A DNA stretch of 64,000 nucleotides from NCBI RefSeq assembly GCF_009914755.1, contig NC_060945.1; one strand, given 5' to 3'. The position numbers and the translations under genes were made by a program. The notes below the pieces were generated by a model. The model saw only the letters and a list, made by a program, of their open reading frames with translations. It made no database searches and was not told where the DNA came from. This document shows, piece by piece, positions 13,601-28,230 of this stretch. This stretch comes from the human T2T-CHM13v2.0 reference genome, Homo sapiens. How positions within the stretch are numbered: position 1 is the first letter of the stretch; the number at the start of each line of letters is the position of its first letter.

Positions 13601-16600
13601 AATATGGAATGGAAAGGAATGGACTCGAGTGGAATGGACTGGAAAGGAATGGACTCGAATGGAATGGACCCGAAAGGAATGGAATGGAATGGATTGGACT
13701 CGAATGGAATGGAATGGAATGGAATGGAATGGAATGGAATGGAATGTACTCGAATGGAATGGAATGGATTGGACTCATATCGAATGAAATGCAATGGATT
13801 CAAATGGAGTGGAAAAGACTCGAATGGAATGGAATGCACTGGAACCTAATGGAATGGAATGGAGTGGACTGTAATAGAATAGAATGAACTGGAATGGAAT
13901 GGAATGGATTTGAATGGAATGGAATGGACTCAAATGGAAAGGAATGCCGTCGAATGGAATGGAATGGAATGGAATCAACTGGAGTGCAATGGAATATGAA
14001 ACGGAATGTAATGGACTCAAGTGGAATGGGCTGGAAAGGGATGGACTCGAATGGAATGGAATGGAATGGAATGGACTTGAAAGGAATGGAATGGAATTGA
14101 ATGGAATGGAAAGGAATGGAATGGAATAGACTAAAATGGAATGGAAATGAATGCAATGGAATAGACTAAAATGGAATGGAATGGAATGGACTCAAATGGA
14201 ATGGAAGGCAATGGAAGTGAATGGAATGGAAAAGACTCGAATGGAATGGAACAGACAGGACCCGAATGAAATGGAATGGACTGTAATGGAATGGAATGGA
14301 CTTGAATGGAACAGAATGGAATGGAATGGACTCAAATGGAATGGAATTGAATGTACTCGTATGGAATGGAATGGACTCAAATGGAATGGAATGGAGTTTA
14401 ATGAAATGGATTCTAATGGAATGGAGTCCAATGGAATGGAATGGAAAGGAATGGAATCGAATGGAATAGAATGGAATGTACTCGACTGGACTGGAATGCA
14501 ATGGAATGCACTCAAATGGAATGGAATGGAATGGGCTCGAATGGAATGGAATGGAATTGAATGGTCTCGAAAGGGATGGAATGGAATGCAATGGAGTGGA
14601 ATCGAATGGAATGGAATGGATTTGACTCGAATAGAATTGAAGGGTGTGGACCCAAATGGAATGGAATGGAATGGAATGTACTCGAGTAGTACGGAATGAA
14701 AAGGTATGGACTCGAAAGGAATGGAATTGAATAGAATGGACTCGAATGGAATGGAATAGAAGGGAATGGAATGGAATGGATTCAAATGGAATGTATTGGT
14801 TTGGAATAGACACGAATGAAATGGAATGGAATGGACCCAAATGGAATAGAATGGAATGGATGGAATGGACTATAATGGAATGGATTGGACTCGAATGGAA
14901 TGCAATTGAAAGGGATGGACTTGAAGGGAATATAATGAAATGGAATGGACTCGAATGGAATGGAAATGCGTGGACTCAAATGGAATAGCATGCAGTGGAC
15001 ACGAATGGAATGCAGTGGAATGGAATGGACTCGTATGGAATAGAGTGGCATGGACTCGAATGGAATGGAATTTAATTGAATGGACTCAAAAGGAATGGAA
15101 TGGAGGGACTTGAATGGAATGTAACAGAATGAAAAGGGCTCCAATGTAATATAATGGAAAGGAATGGACTCGATGGAGAAGAATAGAGTGGAATGGAATG
15201 CAATCGAATGGAATGAAATGGAATTGAATCGAATGGAATAGAAAGTAATGGACACGAATAGAAAGGAATGAAATGGAAGGGACTTGAATGCAATGCAGTG
15301 GAGTGGACTCGAAAGGAATGGAAAGGAATTTAATGTACTTGAATCGAATGGAATATAATGTTATGGAATGGAATGCCATGGACCTGAATGGAATAGAATG
15401 GAATGGAAAGGAATGGACTAGAATGGAATAGAATGAATGGACTCGAATAGAAAGGAATGAAATCGAATGGACTCGAATGCAATGGAGTGGAGTGGACTAG
15501 AATGGAATGGAAAGGAATTTAATGTACTCGAATCGAATGGTATGTAATGTTATGGAATGTACTCGTATGTAATGGAAAGAAATGGACCTGAATGGAATGG
15601 AATGGAATGGAAAGGCATGGACTCGAATGGAATGGAATGAAGTGGAGCCGAATGGCGTGGAATGGAATGGAATGCACTCGAATGGAATAAAAGGGAATGG
15701 ACACAAATGGAATGGTATGGAATGCAATGGAATGCAATGCAATGAAATGATATGGATTGGAATGGACAACAATGGAATAGAATGGGATGGAATGGAATCA
15801 CTTCAAAAGGAATGGAATGGAATAGACTCCAACGGAATGGAAAGGCCAGGAATTGAATGGAATGGAATGGAACGGACTCGAATGTAACAGAATGGAATTT
15901 AAAGTAATGGACTCCAATGGACTGCAATGGAATGATCTCGAATGGAATAGAATGGAATGGAATGGACTCAAATGGAATGGAATGGAATGGACTCTAATGG
16001 TATGAAATGGACACGAATGGAATGAAATGGAATGGAATTAACTGGAATGGAATACAATGGAATTTTAATGGAAAGGAAACTAATGGAATGGAATGGAATG
16101 GAATTGAATGGAATAGACTCGAATGGGATGGAATGTAATGGAACAGACTTGAATGGAATAGAATGGAATGGACTCGAATTGAATGGAATGGAATTGAATG
16201 GACTCGAAAGGATTCGGCTGTAATACAATGGAATGCAATCCAATGGAATGGAATGGAATGGAATGGAACGGATTCAAATGGAATAGAATGGAATGGACTC
16301 GAATTGAATGGAATGGAATTGAATGGACTCGAAAGGATTCGGATGTAATACAATGGAATGCAATCCAGTGGAATGGAATGGAATGGACTCGAGTGGAAAG
16401 GATTGCAATGGAATGGACTCGAAGGAATGGAATGGAATTGATTCGAATGGGTTTGAAGGGAATGGACCCGAATGGAATGGAATGGACTGGAATTCAATGC
16501 AATGGAATGGATTGGGCTCAAATGGAATGGAATGGAAAAGAATGGAATGGAATAGAATGGACTGGAGTGGAATGGGTTTGTATGGAATGGAATGGAACAG

Positions 16601-19600
16601 AATGGACTCAAACAGAATACCATGGAATGGAATGGACTCAAATACAATGGAATGGAATGGACTCGAAAGGAATGGAATGGACTCGAACGGAATGGAGTGG
16701 AATGGACTCATATGGAATGTAATGGCCCTCAATGGACTCGAATGGAATTAAATGTTATGGAATGGAATGAACTCGAATGGAATGTAACGTAAAGGAATGA
16801 AATGTGCTCCAATGGAAAGGAATGGACTCTAAAGGAATGGAGTGGAATTGAATGGGTTGGAATGGAATGGAATGGAATGGAATGCAGTGGAATGGACACG
16901 AATGGAATGCAGTTGAATTGAATGGACCCAAAAGTAATGGAATGGAATGTTATGGAATGCAGTGGTCTCGAATGGAATGGAATAGAATGAACTTGAATGG
17001 AATGGAACGGACTCGAATGCAATTGAGTGGAATGGACTGGACTCTAATGGAATGGCATGGAATGCACGCGAATGGAATGGAATGTTATGGAAAATAAAGG
17101 ACTCGAATGGAACGGAAAGAATGGAATGGACCAAAATGGAGTGGAATGGAATGCAATGGACTCTAATGGAATGGAATGGAATGGACCCGAGTGGAATGGA
17201 ATGGAATGGACTGAAATGGAATAGCATGGAATGGAATGGAGTCAAATGAAATGGAATGGAAGAGACTCAAGTAGAATGGCTTAGAATGGAATGGACTCGA
17301 CTGGAATGAAATGGAATGGACCAGAAATGAATGGAATGGAATGGAATGGAATGCAATGGAATGGAATGGAATGGAATGGAATGGAATGGAATGGAATGCA
17401 ATGGAATGGAATGGAATGGAATGGAATGGAATGGAATGGAATGGAATGGAATGGAATGCAATGGAATGGAATGGAATGCAATGGAATGGAATGGAATGGA
17501 ATGCAATGGAATGGAATGGAATGGAATGGAATGGAATGGAATGGAATGGAATGGACTCCAGTGGAATGGACTGGAATGGAATGGAATGGAATGGAATGGA
17601 CCCAAAAGGAATGGAATGGACTTGAATGGAATGGAAAGGAATGGAAAGGAATGGACTCGAATGGAATGGAATGGACTCAAATGGATTGGAATGCAATGGA
17701 CTCGAAAGGAATAGAAAAGACTCGAATGGAATGGAATGGACTGGACCCGAATGGAATGGAATGGACTGGAATGGAATGGAATGGAATGGAATGGAATGGA
17801 ATGGAATGGAATTGACTGGAATGGATTTGAATAGAATAGAATGGAATGGAATGGAATGGAATGGAATGGAATGGACACAAATGGAATGGAATTGAATGGA
17901 CTAAAATGGAATGGAATGGACTCGAATGGAATGGAACGGAATTTAATGGAATGGATTCTAATGGAATGGAGTCCAAAGGAATGGAATGGAATTGAATTGA
18001 ATGGAATAGAATGGAATATACTTGAATGGAAAGGAATGCAATGGAATGGACTCAAATGGAATGGAAAGGACTGGGCTCTAATGGAATGGAATGGAAATGA
18101 ATGGTCTCAAAAGGGATAGAATGGAATGCAAAGGAATGGAATCGAATGGAATGGAATGGATTTGACTCGAATGGAATTGAATGGTATGGTCACGAATGGA
18201 ATGGAATGGAGTGGAATGTACTCGAGTAGAATGGAATGGAAATGTATGGACTCGAATTGAATGGAGTTCAATGGAATGGACTTGAATGGAATGGAATGGA
18301 ATGGATTCGAATGGAATGGAGTTGAATGGAATGGACTGGAATGGAATGGAATGGATTCGAATGGAATGGTTTGGAATGGAATAGACACGAATGAAATGGA
18401 ATGGAATGGACTCAAATGGAATAGAATGGAATGGAATGGATTCGAATGGAATGGATTGGACTGGAGTGGAATGAAATTGAATGGAATGGAGTCGAATGGA
18501 ATATAATGGAATGGAATGGACTCGAATGGAATGGAAAAGAATGCAATCAAATGGAATAGAATGCAATGGACACGAATGGAATGGAGTAGAATGGAATGGA
18601 CTCGTATGGAATGGAGTGGCATGGACTTGAATGGAATGGAATTTAATTGAAAGGACTGGAAAGGAATTGAATGGAATGGACTCGAATGGAATGTAAAGGA
18701 AAGAAAAGGACTCGAATGGAATGGAATGGAATGGAAAGGAATGGACCCAATGGATAGGAATGGAGTGGAATGGAATGGAATGGAATGCATTCGAATGGAA
18801 TGGAATGGAATTGACTCGAATGGAATAGAAACGAATAGACTCGAATAGAATGGAAGGCAATGGAATGGACTCGATTGAAATGGAAAGGAATTTAGTGAAC
18901 TTGAATCAAACGGAATGTAATGTTATGGAATGGACTCCTATGGAATGGAGTGGAATGGCCCCGAATGGAATGTAATGGAACAGAAAGGAATGGGCTCGAA
19001 TTGAATGAAATGGAGTGGACCCGAATAGGGTAGAATGGGATGGATTGCATTCGAATGGAATGAAAGGGAATGGAACCGACTGGAATGGAATGGAATGGAA
19101 TGGAATGGAATGGAATGGAATGGAATGCAATGGAATGCAATGGAATGGAATGTTATGGATTTGATTGGACATGAATGGAATAGAATAGGATGGAATGGAA
19201 TGAATTAAAAAGGAATGGAATGGAATGGACTCCAATGGAATGGGAAGTCCAGGAACTGAATGGAATGGACTCAAATAGAATAAATTGGAATTTAAAGGAA
19301 TGCAATCCAGTGGAATGCAATGGAATGGTCTCGAATGGAATAGAATGGAATGGAACAGAATGGACTCGAATGGAATGCAATGGAATCGAATAGAATGGAA
19401 TGAAATGGACACGAAAGGAATGGAAAGGAATGCAATGAACTGGAATGGAATACAATGGAATTTTAATGGAAAGGACACTAATGGTGTGGAATGGAATGGA
19501 CTTGAATGGAATAGAATGGAAAACACTCATGGAATGGAATGGAATGGAATGGAATGGAATGGAATGGACACAAATGGAATACAATAGAATGGACTCGAAT

Positions 19601-22600
19601 GGAATGGAATGTAATTGGATGGACTCCAAAGGAGTCGGATGGAATACAATGGAATGGAATCCAATGGAATGAAATGGAATGGATTCGAATGGAATGGAAT
19701 GCAATGGAATGGACTCGAAGGAATGGAATGGAAATGACTCAAAAGGACTTGAAGGGAATGGACCCGAATGGAATGAAATGGAATGGAATGGACTCGAATT
19801 GAATCCAATGGAATGGATTTGCCTCAAATGGAATGGAATGGAATGGAATGGAAAAGAATGAAATGGAACAGAATGGACTGGATTGGAATGGGTTTGAATG
19901 GAATGGACTCGAATGGAATGGAATGGAATGGACTCAAATGTAATAGCGTGGAACGGAATGGATTCGAATACAATGGAATGGAATGGACTCAAATAGAATG
20001 GAATTAGCTCGAACGGAATGGAGTGGAATGGACCCATATGGGATGGAATTGTATTGAATGGACTAGGATGGAATTTGTTGTAACAGAGTGGAATGAACTC
20101 GAATGGAATGGAATGAAAATGAACGAAATGTGTTCGAATGGAATGGAATGGAATGGATTCGAATGGAATGGAGTGGAATGGAATGGAATGGAATGGAATG
20201 GAATGGACTTGAATGGAATGGATTGGAATATACTGGACTTGAATTGAATGCCATGGAATGCACCCAAATGGAATGGAATGTTATGGAAAATAATGGACTC
20301 GAATGTAATGGAATGGAAAGGAATGGACCAAATTGGATTGGAATGCAACGCAATGGAGTTGAATGGAATGGAATGGAATGGACTCTAATGGAATGGAATG
20401 GAAAGGAATGGAATGGAATGGACTGGAATAGAATAGCATGTAATGCAATTGACTCGAATGCAATGGAGAGGAATGGACTTGAATGGAATGGAATGGAGTC
20501 GAACAGAATGGATTGGACTGCACTTGAATGGAATGGAATGGAATTGAATGGACTCGAAAGGAATGGAATGTAACGGAACGGAATGAACTCGAATGGAATG
20601 GAATGGAAAGGAATGAACCTGAAAGGAATGGAATGGAATGGATTGGACTCGAATCGAATGGAATGGAATGCAATTAAATGGACTCAAATTGAAAGGAATG
20701 CAATGGACCCAAATGGAATGGAAAAGACTGGAATGGAATGGAATGCAATGGACTGGAATGGAATGGAATGGACTGGAATGGAAAGGAATGGATTCGAATG
20801 GAATACAAAGGAATGGAATGGACTGAAATGGAATGGAATTGAGTGGACTGAAATGGAGGGGAATGGACTCGAATGAATGGAATGGAATTTAATGAAATGG
20901 ATTCTAATGGAATGGAGACCAGTTGAATGGAATGGAATGGACTCGAATGGAATGTAAAGGAATATACTCGAAGGGAATGAAATGCAATGGAATAAACTCG
21001 AATGGAATGGAATGGAATGGGCTCGAAAGGAATGTAACGGAATTGAATGGTCTCGAATGTGATGGAATTGAATTCAATGGAATAGAATCAAATGAAATGG
21101 AATCGAATTCACTCGAATGGAATTGAAGGGTATGGACCCGTATGGAATGGAATGGAATGGAATGGACTCGAATAGTATGGAATGGAAAGATATGGACTCG
21201 AATGGAACGGAATTGAAAGGAATGGACTTGAATGGAATGGAATGGAATGGATTCGAATTGAATGGTTTGGAAAGGAATGCACTTGAATGGAAAGGAATCA
21301 AATGGAATATAATGGAATGCAATGGACTCGAATGGAATGGAATGGAATGGAATGGACCCAAATGGAATGGATTGGACAGGAATGCAATGCAATTGAATGG
21401 AATGGACTGGAATGGAATAGAATGGAAGGGAATGGACCGAAATGGAATGGAAATGTATGGACTCGAATGGAATAGAATGCAATGGACTCAAATGGAATGG
21501 AGTGGAGTGGAATGGACTCGAAAGAAATGGAGTGGCATGGACTCGAAAAGAATGGAATGGAATGGAATGGAATGGATTGGACTCGAAAGGATTGGAATGG
21601 AATGAACTCGAGTGGAATGGAATGGAATAGAATGGACACGAATGGAATGGAATGGAATGAAATTGAATGGATTCAAATTGAATGGAATGGAATGGAATGA
21701 AATGAACTCAAAGTTAATGGAATGGAAAGGAATGGACTCAACGGAATGGAATGGAATGGCCTCAAACGGAATGCAATTGAATTGAATTTACTTGAAAGAA
21801 ATATAATGGAATGGAATGGAATGGAATGGAATGGAATGGAATCAAATGGAATTAAATGGAATGGACTCGAATGGAATGGACTGGACTCGAATGGAATGGA
21901 ATGGACTGCACACAGGTGGAATGGAATGGACTCAGGTGGAATGGAATGGAATCCAATGGACTCGAGGGGAGTGGAGTGGAATGGACTCAAACGGTATGGA
22001 ACGGAATTGAATAGAATGGAAAGGAATGAAATGGACTCGACTGGAACGGAACGGCATGGAAATGAGTAGAACGTAATGGAATGGAAAAGAATGGACTCGA
22101 ACGGAATGGAAAGGACTCAAACGGAACGGAAATTACTCAAATGCAATGGAATGAACTCGAATGGAATGGAATGAAATGGAATGGACTTGAATGGAAAAGA
22201 ATGGAATTGAATGGAATGGACTTGAATGGAATGGAATGGACTCGAATTGAATTGAATGGAATGGACACGAATGGAGTGGAATGCAATTTAATGGATTCGT
22301 ATGGAATGGAATGGACTCGAATGTATTGGAATGGAATGGAAATGACTCGAATGGTTTGGAATGGAATTGAATGGACCCGAAAGGAAAGGAATGAGATACA
22401 ATGGAAAGGACTCGAATGAAATGGAATGGAATGCAATCGAAGTGAATGGAATGGATTCGAAGGGAATGAACTCGAATGGAACGGACCTGAATGGAATGGA
22501 ATGGGATGGTATGGACTCGAATGGAATATAATATAATGTACTCGAATGGAATGGTATGCAATGGAAAGACCTTGAATGAAATGGAATGGAGAGGACCTGA

Positions 22601-25600
22601 ATTGAATGGAATGGATTTGAATGGTCTCGAAAGAATGGAATGGAATGCAATGCAGTGGACTGGAATGCATTGGAATGGAATGGACTCAAATGGAATGGAA
22701 TGGACTAGAAAGGAATTGAGTGGAATGGAACAGACTCGAATGGAATGGACTCGATTGGAATTGAATGGAATGGAATGGACTTGAGCGGAACGGAATGGAA
22801 TGGACATGAATGGAAAGGAATGGCATGGACTCGAATGCAATGGAATGGAAAGGAATGGAAAGGAATTTATTGGAATGCAATGGAATGGAATGGAATGTTC
22901 TGGAATGCAGTGGAATGGAATGGGATTAAATGGAATGGAATGGAATGGAATGGACCTGAATAGAATGGAATGGAATGACTTGAATACAATGGAAGGGAAT
23001 GGACTCGAATGGAATGGAGTGGAATGCATTCGACTGGAATGGAATGGAATTGAATGGACTTGAATCAAATGGAATATAATGCAATGGACTCGAATGGAAT
23101 GGAATAGAATGGTCTCGAATGGAATGGAATGGAATGAACTCAAAGGGAATGAATGGAATTTAGTCAAATGCAATGGAATTGACTCAAATGGAATGGAGTG
23201 CAATTTAATGGACTCGAATGGAATGGAATGGAATGGAATTTAATGGACTCGAATGGAATGGAATGAAAAGGAATGGACTTGAATGGACTGGAATGGAATA
23301 AAGTGGACTCAAATGGATTGGAATGGAATTGAATGGACTCAAAAGGAAAGGAATGGAATACGACGGAATTGACTCAAATGGATTGGAATGGAATGCAGTA
23401 GAATGGAATGGAATGGACTCCAAAGGAATGGAGTGGAATGGAATGGACTCGAATGGATAAAATTGAATGGGATGGACTTGAATGGAATGGAATGGGATGG
23501 ACTTGAATGGAATGGCATGCAATGGAAAGTTCTTGAATGGAATGGAAAAGAAAGTATTCGAATGGAATGGAATGGAATTGAACGCACTCGAAAAAATGGA
23601 ATGGAATGCAATCAAATGGACTGGAATGGATTGGAATGGAATGGACTCGAATGGAATGGAATGGAATCGAAAGGAATGGAAAGGAATGGATTGGACTCCA
23701 ATGGAATGTAATGGAATAGACTCGAATGAAATTGAATGGAATGGAATGGACTCGAAAGGAATGGAATGTAATGGAACGGATATGAATGAAATGGAATTGA
23801 ATGGACTCAAATGCAATGGAATGGAATGGAATGCACTCGAATGCAATGGAATGGATTGGAATGGAATGGAATGGACCTGAATAGAATGGAAAGTAATGGA
23901 CTCCATAGGAATGGAATGTAATGGACGCGAATGGAATGAAATGGAAAGGAATGGAGCCTAATTGAATGGAATGAAATGCAACGGAATTGAATAGACTCGC
24001 ATGGAATTGAATGGAATGGAATGGATTCGAATGGAATGGAATGCAATGAAATGGAGACGAATGGAATGGAATGGAATGGAATGGAGGGAAGTTGAATAAA
24101 GTGGAATGGAATGGAATGAAATTGAATGGAATGGAATGAACTTGAATGGAATGGAATGGAATGAACACAGATGGAATGGAATGTAATGGAAAGGAATACA
24201 CTCAAATGTAATGCAATGTAATGTAATAGAAAGTAATGGACTCGAATTGAATGGAATGGAATGGACTCGAATGGAAAGGAAAGGTATCGAATGGAATAGA
24301 ATGGAATGGAATGGACTCCAGTGAAATGGAATGCACTCAAATGGAATGGAATGGAATGAAAAGAATGGAATGGACTCGAATGGAATGGATTGGAGTGGAA
24401 TGAACTCTAATGGAATGGAAGGTAATGGAATGGAATGGAGTCGAAAGGAATGGAATGGAATGGAAAGGAATGGACTCGAACAGAATGGAATGGAATACAA
24501 TGGATTCGAATGAAATGGAAAGGTATGGAATGGACTCGAATGGAATGGAATGGTCTCCAATGGAATGAAATGAAATGGAATGGAATGGAAAGAAATGGAA
24601 TGGAATGGAATGGACTCGAATGCAATGGGAGGGAAAGGACACAAATTCAATAGAATGGAATGGAAACTAATGTAATGGAATGAATTGGAATGGACTCGAA
24701 TGGAATGGAATGGAATGCAGTCAAATGGAATGGCATGGCATAGAACGGTTTGGAATGGAATGGAATCGAATGGAATGGAATGGAATGAAGTGGAATTGAC
24801 TTGAATGGATTAGAATGGACTCGAAAAGAATGGAATGGAATGGAATGGAATGGAATGGAATGGAATGGAATGGAATGGAATGGAATTTATTGGTCTCGAA
24901 TGGATTGGAATGGAATGGAATGGACTCGAATGCAATGGAATGGAATGGAATGGAATGGAATGGAATGGAATGGAATGGAATGGAATGGCATGGAATTGCC
25001 CTGAATCGAGTGGAGTGGAATGGAATGGAATCTAATGGAATAGAATGGAATGGACTTGAATTGAATGCAATGTAATTTAATGGACTCATAAGGAATGGAA
25101 TGAAATGCGATGGAATGGACTCGAATGGAATGGAATGGAATGCACCCGAATGGAATGGAATGGACTCGAATGGAATTGATTGGAATTTAATGGACTAGAA
25201 TGGATTTGAATAGAATGCACTCGAATGGAATGGAATGGACTCAAATGTAATGGAGTGGAATATAATGGAATAGAATGGAATGGAATGGAATGGAACGAAC
25301 TCAAATGGAATGGAGTGGAATGGGCTCGAATGGGATGGATTCGAATGGAATGGAATCGAATGGAATGGAATGGACTCTAATGGAACGTAATGGAATGGAC
25401 TCGAATGGAATGGAATGAAATGGAATCGATTGGAATTGAATGGAATGGAATGGACTCGAACGGAATCGAATATAATGGAACTGAAATGAATGGAAAAGAA
25501 CGTAACGGAAAGGAATCAAATGCAGTGGGATGGGATGGAATGGAATGGAATGGAATGGAATGGAATGGAATGGAATGGATTGGAATGGAATGGACCTGAG

Positions 25601-27589
25601 TGGAATGGAATTGAATGGACTCGACTGGAATTAAATGGAATGGAATGGAATGGACCTGAGTGGAATGGAATTGAATGGACTCGACTGGAATTAAATGGAA
25701 TGGAATGGACTCAAATGGCATGCAATGTACTCGAATAGAATTGAATGTAATGGACTCGAATGGAAAGTAATGGAATGGAATGGAATCTAATGGGATACAA
25801 TGGAATTTAATGGAATTGACTCGAATGGAATTGAATGGAATAGAACCGAATAGTGGAATGGACTAGAATAGAATGAAATGTAATGGACTCGAATGCAATG
25901 GAATGGAAAGGACTTGAATGGAATGCAATGGAATGGACTTGAATGGAATGGAATGGAATTGACTCGAATGGAATTGAATGGAATGGACAGAATGGAATGA
26001 ATTGGAATGGAATAGAATGGACTCGAATGGAATGGAATGGAATGGACTCGAATGAAATATAATGGATTTGATTGGACACAAAGGGAATGGAATGTACACG
26101 AGTGGAACGGACTCGAATGGAATGGAATGGAATGGAGGATTCAAAAGGAATAGAATGGATTGGAATGGACTCTAATGGAAAGGAATGGAATGGACTCGAA
26201 TGAAATGGAATGGACTCAAATAGAATGGAATGGAATCGAATCGAATAGAATGGAATGGAATGGAATGTCCTCGAATGGAATGAAATGGAATGGAGTCGAA
26301 TGGAATGGAGTAGAATGGAATGGACTCGAAAGGAGTGGAGTGGAATGGATTCGAATAAAAAGGATGGAATTGAATGGACTCAAATGGAGTGGAATGAACC
26401 GATTGGAATGGACTAGAATGGAATGAAATGTAATGGAATGAAATGGACTCGAATGGAATGGAATGGAATGAAATGGAATGGATTGGAATTTTATGTAATA
26501 TATTTGAATGGACTCGAATGGAATGCAATTGAATTGAATGGACTCGAAAGGAATTAAATGGCAAGGAATGGAATGGAATCGAATAGAATGGACTCAACTG
26601 GAATGGAATGGAATGGACTCGAATTGAAGGGAGTGCCCTCGAATGGAATGAATGGAATGGAATCAATTCGAGTGGAATGGAATACGGAATGTAACGGAAT
26701 GGACTCGGGTGGAATGGACTGGAATAGAATGGACTGGAATGGAATGGAATGCAACCGAAAGGAATGGACTGGAATGGAATGGACTCGAATGGAAAGGAAC
26801 GGATGGAATGCAATGGACTCGAATGGAATGGAATGGAATGGAGGGACTAGAGTTGAATAGAATACAATGGACTCGCATGGAACGGAATGCCCTCGAATGG
26901 AATGGAATGGAATGGAGTCAACTCGAGTGCAATGGAATATGTAATAGAATGGAATGGACACGAGTGGAATGGGCTGGAATGGAATGGAATAGAATGGAAT
27001 GGAATGCACTCGAATAGAATGTAATGGAATGGACTCGAATGGAATGGAATGGACACGAATGGAATGCAATGGAATAGACTAGAATGGAATGGAATAGAAT
27101 TGACTCGACTGGAATGGAATGGAGTCTAATAGAATGTAATGGAATGGAATGGAATGGAATGGAATGGAATGGAATGGACTCGAATGGAATGCAATGGAAT
27201 GGCCCCGAATGGATTGCAATGGAATTGACTCGAATGGAATGGAATGGAATGGAATAGACCCTAATGGAATGCAATGGAAAGGAATGGTATGTAGTCTAAT
27301 GGAGTGGAATGGAATGGACTGGAATGGACTCAAATGCAATGTAATGGAATTTAATGGACACGAATGGAATGGAATGGACTCGAATGGAATGGACGCGAAT
27401 GGAATGGAATAGAATGGATTCAAAAGGAATAGAATGGATTGTAATGGTCTCGAATGGAATAGAATGGAATGGAATGGACTCGAATAAAATAGAATAGAAT
27501 AGAATGGAATGGAATGGACTCGCATGGAATGAAATGGAATGGAGTCAAATGGAATGGAGTCTAAAGGATTCGAGTGAAATGGAATGGAA
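10621..27589 (+). repeat. HSat3 (GGAAT)n satellite, GGACTCGAAT-rich sub-domain (left of L1)
   Basis: GGAAT pentamers are interspersed with GGACT-CGAAT, GGACT-CAAAT and GGACT-TGAAT. GGAGT runs are nearly absent. Rare marker words recur at ~3.5-kb intervals. Confidence 0.95.
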
Positions 27590-28230
27590 TTTTTTTTCTT
27601 TTTTTTATTTTGTTTTATTTTTTATTATACTTTAAGTTTTAGGGTACATGTGCTCATTGTGCAGGTTAGTTACATATGTATACATGTGCCATGCTGGTGC
27701 ACTGCACCCACTAACTCATCATCTAGCATTAAGTATATATCCCGATGCTATCCCTCCCCCCTCCCCCCACCCCACAACAGTCCCCAGAGTGTGATATTCC
27801 CCTTCCTGTGTCCATGTGATCTCATTGTTCAATTCCCACCTATGAGTGAGAATATGCGGTGTTTGGTTTTCTGTTCTTGCGATAGTTTACTGAGAATGAT
27901 GATTTCCAATTTCATGCATGTCCCTACAAAGGACATGAACTCATCATTTTTTATGGCTGCATAGTATTCCATGGTGTATATGTGCCACATTTTCTTGATC
28001 CAGTCTATCACTGTTGGACATTTGGGTTGGTTCCAAGTCTTTGCTATTGTGAATAATGCCGCAATAAACATACGTGTGCATGTGTCTTTATAGCAGCATG
28101 ATTTATATTCCTTTGGGTATATACCCAGTAATGGGATGGCTGGGTCAAATGGTATTTCTAGTTCTAGATCCCTGAGGAATCGCCACACTGTCTTCCACAA
28201 TGGTTGAACTAGTTTACAGTCCCACCAACA
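27590..28230 (-). mobile_element. 5'-truncated LINE-1 (L1PA2-type), ~640 bp, with poly(A) tail
   Basis: A poly-T tract at 27590-~27623 is followed by the reverse complement of the L1 3' UTR (ttattatactttaagttttagggtacatgtg...) and the ORF2 C-terminus. On the minus strand it reads GATGATGAGTTAG (GAG, not the Ta-diagnostic ACA) and ACTTAAAGTAT (A, not the Ta G). It also carries GGGAATATCAC and GAGATCACATGG, typical of L1PA2/L1HS, so L1PA2 fits best. Confidence 0.95.
27829..28230 (-). pseudogene. LINE-1 ORF2p C-terminal fragment (133 aa, uninterrupted, truncated in the CCHC knuckle)
   Basis: The translation CWWDCKLVQPLWKTVWRFLRDLELEIPFDPAIPLLGIYPK...WNQPKCP...MEYYAAIKNDEFMSF...HRIFSLIGGN* matches the ORF2p C-terminus. 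There are no EN or RT domains. Confidence 0.93.

Noticed and set aside
27584-27964. 126-aa plus-strand ORF MEFFFFFLFCF...
   Set aside because: It is an antisense reading of the L1 poly(A) tail, 3' UTR and ORF2 end.
27590-28230. Active L1HS-Ta element
   Set aside because: It has GAG rather than ACA and A rather than G at the Ta-diagnostic 3' UTR positions, and it is only ~640 bp.
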